DNA of 64,000 nucleotides, from the NCBI GenBank assembly GCA_050250255.1, contig JBFWOZ010000004.1:1-64000 (forward strand), in the 5' to 3' direction. The notes under the pieces were generated by a model, which made no database searches, had not been told where the DNA came from, and worked only from the letters and a program-made list of their open reading frames with translations. Source of the DNA: Bdellovibrionales bacterium. Lineage in GTDB: Bacteria; Bdellovibrionota; Bdellovibrionia; Bdellovibrionales; DASUEL01. This document shows positions 58,069 to 64,000 of this stretch, in pieces. The stretch's first letter is position 1, and each line of letters begins with the position of its first letter. A program made the position numbers and the translations under genes.

Positions 58069-58440
58069 TTATTTTGCGTATCGTCTACCCATGGCTTCAC
58101 GAATTTCAGCACCTTCAATGCTGAGTCGTGTCCATGGAATCGCAAGGAGTCGATCCGCTTCGATCAGCTCTTCTGTCTCTTCGCAAATACCGTAATTACC
58201 GTTTTCAATACGGGACAACGCCATTTCAATTTCTAATAAATTGTGACGAAGTCGTTCTTGATTTGCGATGAACTCGCTCTCCTGAAGCAGACGTGCTGTT
58301 TGATCAGCCTCATCTCCACCCTCAGGTTCCGAGTTCGTTAGAGCTTCTCGACCTTGCTTTACGCGGTTAAGAATATTCGCCTTCGCTTCCAAGAGCTTTC
58401 TTTTACACTCTAAGAAGACATCCCCTCTTTTTGTTGCCAT
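58069..58440 (-). CDS. dksA: DksA/TraR-family protein lacking the C4 zinc finger
   Basis: DEADQT tip motif, YGICEETEELI..RLLAIPW. Confidence 0.85.
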   Translation of the reverse strand: MATKRGDVFLECKRKLLEAKANILNRVKQGREALTNSEPEGGDEADQTARLLQESEFIANQERLRHNLLEIEMALSRIENGNYGICEETEELIEADRLLAIPWTRLSIEGAEIREAMGRRYAK

Positions 58441-58692
58441 ATCCCCTCCCATGGCATTTTCACTTTTCTCGCTTTAGACATTTCCCCAAATGCCTCAGCG
58501 CACAAAACGAAAAGTGAATGATCTATTTAGACATAGAGTTTGGACCCTGCGCAATCATTTTCTTAAAAAAACTTACACGCCGTATCCAATTGAAGTTAAA
58601 GAGGAAACCAGACTAGATCAAAGTACAGATTTGGCTCATTTTGAGATCTTAAATTCTCTTACTTTTAGCGGCTTGGTCGAGCTTCGAAAGCC

Positions 58693-59142
58693 CTAAATCT
58701 GGGGGCTTTCAGAGGATATGGAGGCAGTCTCGAGATGAATTTGCTCCACCTCAATTCCGACCTGATTCAGGAAGGTCACACTGTCCTTAAGCCTGTAGGG
58801 GTGAAGAAAGAAAACCTTCCTCACGCCACCTAAATTGATCAAACGCTTAGCACACATCACGCAAGGAAGATGAGTGACAAAGACATGTTTTTCCCAAGTA
58901 CGAGGTGAATCGCAATTAATAACGGCGTTTTCTTCTGAATGAAGACACCCACAATTCCCGACTTCATCCCGATCACATTTGTTAGCAAGACCCGAAGCAT
59001 TCCCGTTGTAACCAACCGCCAATACCTTTCGATAATCGAGACTCGTGATCACCGTACCCACTTTCAAGCGCATGCAAGTGGAACGCTCGGCGAGACTGAG
59101 CGCAAGCTTCATGTATATGGATTCAAAACTGGGGCGAGCCAT
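58693..59142 (-). CDS. dCMP deaminase family protein
   Basis: RSTC, GYNG, HSEENA, PCVMC. Confidence 0.92.
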   Translation of the reverse strand: MARPSFESIYMKLALSLAERSTCMRLKVGTVITSLDYRKVLAVGYNGNASGLANKCDRDEVGNCGCLHSEENAVINCDSPRTWEKHVFVTHLPCVMCAKRLINLGGVRKVFFLHPYRLKDSVTFLNQVGIEVEQIHLETASISSESPQI

Positions 59143-59152
59143 TTTTTCTCCT

Positions 59153-59920
59153 TTAAGACGACAAAGTTAAAACAATAGGGCAATGGTCGGAGCCCTCGAC
59201 TTGATCAAGTATATCTGCGGACTGAATTTTTTTTTCTAAATTTTTTGAAACCGAAATGTAATCAATACGCCAACCGCGATTTCCCACCCGTGCTAGCTCT
59301 CGGTAAGACCACCAGGTGTACTTGTCTTTTACATTGGGATGAACATGACGGTAGGTATCGATAAAGCCTGCTTCTAAGAAGCTTGAAAACCATTTTCTTT
59401 CCTCAGGCAAAAAACCGCTGATTTTAGAAAGACGTACGGGATCGTAAACATCCACTTCTTTATGAGCGACGTTGTAATCTCCCAAAACGATCACTTTTTC
59501 GCCTCGCTTAACGCGCTCCTGTAGATGCTTTAAAAAATCGGCGAGAAAGCGTTGTTTGTAGAGATGCCGCACATCTCCCGAACCACCGTTAGGAAAATAG
59601 ACATTGTAGATCCAAATATCTTCATGCTGAGTGACAACAAAACGTCCCTCCGTATCATATTCGGCAATATCAATTCCATAGAGTGTATCATCGGCAGGGC
59701 TACGGCAAAATGTCGCCGTACCCGAATAGCCCTTGCGCAGAGCGGAGCTCCAATAGCTCTCACGATTATCTAGACGAATAATACTGGGCTCTAGCTGTTC
59801 ACGATGCACTTTCGTTTCTTGCACACAAAATACGTCGGGCGATTCCTTTTGGACGAAATCAAGAAGACCTTTTTTATAGCAAGCACGAATGCCGTTCACG
59901 TTCCAAGAAATAATCTTCAT
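59153..59920 (-). CDS. xth: Exodeoxyribonuclease III
   Basis: ISWNVNGIRA, QETK, YFPNG, GDYN, WRIDY, SDHCP. Confidence 0.96.
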   Translation of the reverse strand: MKIISWNVNGIRACYKKGLLDFVQKESPDVFCVQETKVHREQLEPSIIRLDNRESYWSSALRKGYSGTATFCRSPADDTLYGIDIAEYDTEGRFVVTQHEDIWIYNVYFPNGGSGDVRHLYKQRFLADFLKHLQERVKRGEKVIVLGDYNVAHKEVDVYDPVRLSKISGFLPEERKWFSSFLEAGFIDTYRHVHPNVKDKYTWWSYRELARVGNRGWRIDYISVSKNLEKKIQSADILDQVEGSDHCPIVLTLSS

Positions 59921-60043
59921 CGGGGCCTCTGGTTCACCTTTTCCATGTCTTGCCGAGACTCCTATTTTGTGGCACACATGTAGGAGTCTTAACAAACCAA
60001 ACTCGAATTTACGCGTTAAGCCATTTTAGAATAAGGAGCACTT

Positions 60044-60565
60044 ATGCCAATGATCGGTCAACCAGCACCCCAGTTTAAAGCCCCAGCTCTCGTCAAAGGT
60101 GATTTCAAAGACATCAGCCTTTCTGACTACAAAGGTAAATGGGTTGTACTATTCTTTTATCCCCTCGATTTCACATTCGTATGTCCTACAGAAATCACTC
60201 AATTCCGTGATCGCCTAGAGTCTTTCAAAAAAGCGGGCGCAGAAGTGATCGGCGCGAGCGTAGATTCCGTTCACTCTCATAAGCGTTGGTGCAAAGACGA
60301 TCTTGGTGAATTAAATTATCCACTCATCGGTGACATTACAAAACGTGTGTCTCGTGATTACGGCGTTCTTTTTGAAGACAAAGGAATCGCAACTCGCGGA
60401 ACTTTCATCATCGATCCAGAAGGTGTTCTTCAGTACATGGGAATTCATAACTTAAACGTAGGTCGCGATACCGACGAAATTCTTCGTGTTCTCTCAGGTC
60501 TTCAATCTGGCGAACTTTGTGGCGCTGGCTGGAAACCAGGTGCAAAGCACGTGGTACCTAAATAA
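60044..60565 (+). CDS. ahpC: 2-Cys peroxiredoxin
   Basis: FYPLDFTFVCPTE and GELCGAGW. Confidence 0.93.
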   Translation: MPMIGQPAPQFKAPALVKGDFKDISLSDYKGKWVVLFFYPLDFTFVCPTEITQFRDRLESFKKAGAEVIGASVDSVHSHKRWCKDDLGELNYPLIGDITKRVSRDYGVLFEDKGIATRGTFIIDPEGVLQYMGIHNLNVGRDTDEILRVLSGLQSGELCGAGWKPGAKHVVPK

Positions 60566-60588
60566 AGGACTCGAACGTTTCTAGCTTA

Positions 60589-60618
60589 AAAAAAGGGAAG
60601 CATGCGCTTCCCTTTTTT
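60589..60618. terminator. Bidirectional-type terminator after ahpC
   Basis: AAAAAAGGGAAGC-ATGC-GCTTCCCTTTTTT. Confidence 0.88.
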
Positions 60619-60637
60619 ATTTTACCAAAAGGATCTC

Positions 60638-61819
60638 ATGACAAAACAAATGCAACTGAACGCTTACCTCAAAACGAAATGCCCGACTCTGACAACAGAT
60701 CTGAGCGGATATGTGATTTCTCCTTTTCATCTGCAGTTGCCAGAATCCGTTTTGACCCAAGCAAAAAAATCCGTCGAAGCTTTTTTTAGACTTAGAAACA
60801 ATCCGACTTATCAGGCCTACGTCAATGAGCAACGACCGAATCTCGAAGTGAAAAAAAATTACGCCGTGTTAATGAGCTATGACTTTCATCTGACCGAAAA
60901 CGGTTTAAAGATGATCGAGATCAATACCAACGCATCTTCTTCTCTTCTCTTTGCTTATCTTTATGAAATGGAAAATCTTAAAGAATTGGGAACATCACCA
61001 TTTCTCAATCAAATTCATCAATCTTTTAAAGAAGAACTACAACTCTGCTCAATGAACACAGAAGGTGTGAACGCCTGGATTATGGATGAAGACCCCGCTC
61101 ACCAAAAAATGTATGTAGAGTTTCAGCTTTACCAACAGCTCATGAAATCCTGGGGATGGCATGCCGAGATCGTGGATACCAAAACCTGGAGCACGAAAAA
61201 AGATGTCGATCTGGATCAGAAAAAAGACGCCGTTCAAATGATTTATAATCGTTCAACGGATTTTTATTTCGACAAGAGTCCATTTTTAAAAAATCTTTAC
61301 CACAGCGGGCGCGTTTGCTTTTCTCCTAACCCGCACGAATATTCTTTGCTAGCCGACAAACAAAGAATGATCGACATGAGTTTAAAAACCAATCACGAAA
61401 AGTGGGGAATGAGTGCAGAAGACAGCGAAATACTTCTTCAGGTTTTACCAGAATCTTACGATTCTTCTCACACCGAGCTAGAGGTCCTCTGGGAAAAAAG
61501 AAAAAACTTATTCTTCAAACCTAAAAGTTCCTATGGAGGAAAAGCCGCCTATCGAGGATCTTCCATTTCAAGAAAAGCTTTTGAAGCCATGCCAAAGGGA
61601 GAGTTTTTAGCGCAAGAATACATCACGGCTCCTTCCATTGAAGCCTACTGCGATAAAGCCCGCCTCGGAGTGGAAGCAGATCTCCAAGAGTATAAATTTG
61701 ATTTACGTTTTTACGCTTACCAAGATCAAATTCAACTCGCCGGTGCACGAGTCTTTAAAGGACAACTCACGAATTTTCGTGAGCCACACTCAGGACTCGC
61801 AACAATCGACTTTCAGTAG
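60638..61819 (+). CDS. Circularly permuted ATP-grasp ligase
   Basis: YDFHL..MIEINTN, IYNR, LADK, FKPKSSYGGK, AQEY, DLRFY. Confidence 0.8.
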   Translation: MTKQMQLNAYLKTKCPTLTTDLSGYVISPFHLQLPESVLTQAKKSVEAFFRLRNNPTYQAYVNEQRPNLEVKKNYAVLMSYDFHLTENGLKMIEINTNASSSLLFAYLYEMENLKELGTSPFLNQIHQSFKEELQLCSMNTEGVNAWIMDEDPAHQKMYVEFQLYQQLMKSWGWHAEIVDTKTWSTKKDVDLDQKKDAVQMIYNRSTDFYFDKSPFLKNLYHSGRVCFSPNPHEYSLLADKQRMIDMSLKTNHEKWGMSAEDSEILLQVLPESYDSSHTELEVLWEKRKNLFFKPKSSYGGKAAYRGSSISRKAFEAMPKGEFLAQEYITAPSIEAYCDKARLGVEADLQEYKFDLRFYAYQDQIQLAGARVFKGQLTNFREPHSGLATIDFQ

Positions 61820-61926
61820 CTGAAACAGAAATGTGATGAGCCCAGACTTTGGAAGAGCGCATATGTCTCTCTCCGGGAAACTTCGCGAAAAATTCAATGA
61901 ATTCGCAGTTTTCTCGAGCTATTTCA

Positions 61927-61953
61927 TAAAGTGATGCCCCACGACACCGATAC
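61927..61953 (+). promoter_or_regulatory. sigma28 (FliA)-type promoter
   Basis: TAAA-N15-ACCGATAC, 9 nt before ATG 61963. Confidence 0.6.
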
Positions 61954-61962
61954 CTAGTCTAG

Positions 61963-63834
61963 ATGGCTAAACAACCGGTGTATCGCGCACTTAATCCAGA
62001 CCTTGCCCCATCGACCCACAGACTTCCTCAACCGAAGCCTGCTTCGGATCCTTATGCCAATTTTCAGAAGATTCAAGGGTTTCACGAGTTACAAGAATGT
62101 CTGCCGGAAGCCGTTGTTCCTTACAAGGTTCGCGAGCTCGAGAATGGAAAAATCGCTTACTTCAACTACGAACTCGCAAAAGAAATGGGATTGATTCCCG
62201 CTCAACACCCGCATCGTTTGAATAAACAACTTGAAGCTAAAATTCTTTCGACGTTCGCGATTCAAATCATCAATGAATACGATCTCAAAAATAAAAAGAA
62301 ATTTGATTCTGAAAAAGTAAAGCAATATGCCTACATGGCCACTCGTTATTTACAGCTCCAACACGTGAACAAAAAAGGTCAGACGTCTGGAGATGGCCGC
62401 AGTGTTTGGAATGGTCAAATTTCCTTCAAAGGTAAAACTTGGGACGTCAGCAGTCGTGGAACAGGTGTCACTTGCCTTGCGCCAGGTGCTGTCGATGCTG
62501 GAAAGCCCGTCAAAACGGGTGATACCAGTTTTGGATATGGATGTGGAACAGCCGACCTCGACGAACTCATGGGCTCAGCTCTCATGTCAGAGATTTATCA
62601 CCGTCAAGGATTACGTACCGAACGCGTTCTCACCATTATCGATCTCGGCAAAGGAGTTGGGATCGGTGTACGTGCAGCTCACAATCTTCTAAGGCCCGCA
62701 CATATGTTTTCTTTTTTAAAACAAGAAAAGCGTGAGCCTCTACAGAGAGCTGCGGACTACTTGATAAAACGCCAATACAAAAACAAGGAATGGCCCGTCT
62801 CTCTTAATGCTTCTTCTAAGTACGACAAAATGCTCATGGAAGTTTCCAAAAGTTTTGCCGAGTTTGTGGCCTGGCTTGAAATCAATTACATGTTTGTATG
62901 GCTCGATTGGGATGGCGACAATGTGCTCGCAAACGCGGGTATTATCGATTACGGCAGCGTTCGCCAGTTTGGTCTCTGCCATAATTTTTATCGCTACGAT
63001 GATGTGGATCGGTTTTCAACTTCTCTCCCCGAACAGAAGTACAAAGCGCGTGAAACCGTACAGGTTTTTGCTCAGCTTGTAGACTTTCTTAATACCGGTC
63101 GCAAAAAGCCAGTGGGCAAATACAAAAAGTCACCCGCACTTCGATACTTCGATGAAGTGTTCGTAAGCACCTACGATCGCCTTTTCCTATGGAGAATGGG
63201 CTTTGATGAAACCCAAAGCGCTTATTTAATTCAGAATCACCCCGAGGGGTTCGCACAATTTAAAAAAAGCTTTCACTATTTTGAAAACAAAAAAACTCAA
63301 AAAAAGGTAGAAAAGCTACCGGACGGAATTAATAAAAATCCCATCTTTAATATGAGAAGTTTCTTGCGTGAATATCCCGTGCTTCTCGCTGAAAATGGGG
63401 TACAAATTTATCCCGTAGAGGAAATTTTCCACCTGTTACTTGCGGGTTCAGCTACGGGACGCGACACTCAGTTTAAGAAGAGTTACAATAAACCATTGGA
63501 ACAGCTCCAAGCTCTTTATATGGAGCTTCTCCTTTCTTTGCCGGGTTCTCTCCTTAAAAATGTAGAGGCCATAAAGACACGCAGCGCTTCCATCAATAAA
63601 GCAAATCGCATTACCGGAAATTCTATCGAATGTACCGTGGAAGAGCTTCTTAAGGCGCGCCGCAAGGGACTTTCCTACTCCGAAATCCAAAAAGTGATGG
63701 AAATTTTCATCCAAAACCAAAGCCTTTCCGATCGTGTACCCACTCCCGTCCTACGCCTCTTTTCGGACGAACGCTCAAAACGTTTATTGGATAAGGTTCT
63801 CAACCTCGTCTCTCACTACTCGGAAGACATCTAA
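61963..63834 (+). CDS. SelO/YdiU-like protein adenylyltransferase, divergent
   Basis: [42 protein letters not shown]. Confidence 0.75.
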   Translation: MAKQPVYRALNPDLAPSTHRLPQPKPASDPYANFQKIQGFHELQECLPEAVVPYKVRELENGKIAYFNYELAKEMGLIPAQHPHRLNKQLEAKILSTFAIQIINEYDLKNKKKFDSEKVKQYAYMATRYLQLQHVNKKGQTSGDGRSVWNGQISFKGKTWDVSSRGTGVTCLAPGAVDAGKPVKTGDTSFGYGCGTADLDELMGSALMSEIYHRQGLRTERVLTIIDLGKGVGIGVRAAHNLLRPAHMFSFLKQEKREPLQRAADYLIKRQYKNKEWPVSLNASSKYDKMLMEVSKSFAEFVAWLEINYMFVWLDWDGDNVLANAGIIDYGSVRQFGLCHNFYRYDDVDRFSTSLPEQKYKARETVQVFAQLVDFLNTGRKKPVGKYKKSPALRYFDEVFVSTYDRLFLWRMGFDETQSAYLIQNHPEGFAQFKKSFHYFENKKTQKKVEKLPDGINKNPIFNMRSFLREYPVLLAENGVQIYPVEEIFHLLLAGSATGRDTQFKKSYNKPLEQLQALYMELLLSLPGSLLKNVEAIKTRSASINKANRITGNSIECTVEELLKARRKGLSYSEIQKVMEIFIQNQSLSDRVPTPVLRLFSDERSKRLLDKVLNLVSHYSEDI

Positions 63835-63893
63835 AGCCATCTCTTTACAGGGTAAATCAGTTATGTTCTGATGGAACAACTGTAGGAGTGGCT

Positions 63894-64000
63894 ATGTATA
63901 TCGTGACTGGTGCAGCAGGATTTATTGGAAGTGCTCTCGTTTGGGAACTTAATCAACGCGGAATCAAAGACATCATCTGCGTTGATAATTTTCGCCAAAA
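63894..64000 (+). CDS. rfaD: ADP-L-glycero-D-manno-heptose 6-epimerase (runs off right edge)
   Basis: [40 protein letters not shown]. Confidence 0.85.
   Translation, partial: MYIVTGAAGFIGSALVWELNQRGIKDIICVDNFRQ

Noticed and set aside
58490..58696. 68-aa ORF between dksA and the dCMP deaminase gene
   Set aside because: Opposite strand to both neighbours, lies in the dksA promoter region, no RBS.
726..63720. Numerous short ORFs nested in or antisense to recognised genes
   Set aside because: Shadow frames of well-supported CDSs.
61963..63834. Selenoprotein readthrough in the SelO-like gene
   Set aside because: Ends in TAA, with no in-frame TGA and no C-terminal Cys/Sec motif.
1..64000. CRISPR array, rRNA or tRNA
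   Set aside because: No regularly spaced repeats or cloverleaf/rRNA signatures were seen by eye; tRNAscan-SE and Infernal would be decisive.

Overview
A 64-kb bacterial chromosomal window, most likely from a Bdellovibrionota (predatory Bdellovibrio-like) organism. This is inferred from a TIGR02147/DUF4423 gene, the heme-operon layout and many Sec-exported orphan proteins. Housekeeping content: lipA, sfsA, a DsbA-like protein, ygfZ, aceE, a 10-gene heme operon (hemA-hemC/D-hemB-hemL-sensor kinase-response regulator-hemE-hemN-hemY-hemH), oppDF, trxB, trmB, ggt, znuCB, leuS, speAB, an rsmF-like gene, yegD, dksA, xth, ahpC and partial rfaD. Most notable: (1) two secreted toxin-fold enzymes, an R-S-E ADP-ribosyltransferase and a SelO/kinase-fold HEAT protein, share a signal peptide, a sigma54-type promoter and a single C-terminal cysteine in a C-x-x-L tail, which suggests an undescribed effector tagging or delivery route; (2) an unannotated 41-aa ORF sits in an RNA with type I toxin-antitoxin architecture; (3) a ~10-kb island consists almost entirely of exported-protein genes and contains a DUF4423 regulator with a phased heptamer operator; (4) a REPIN/MITE-like 110-bp hairpin element; (5) an OmpR/PhoB-type box lies between the heme operon and oppDF. 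No rRNA, tRNA, CRISPR array, integrase or transposase was recognised. All family assignments come from motif recognition by eye, not from database searches.
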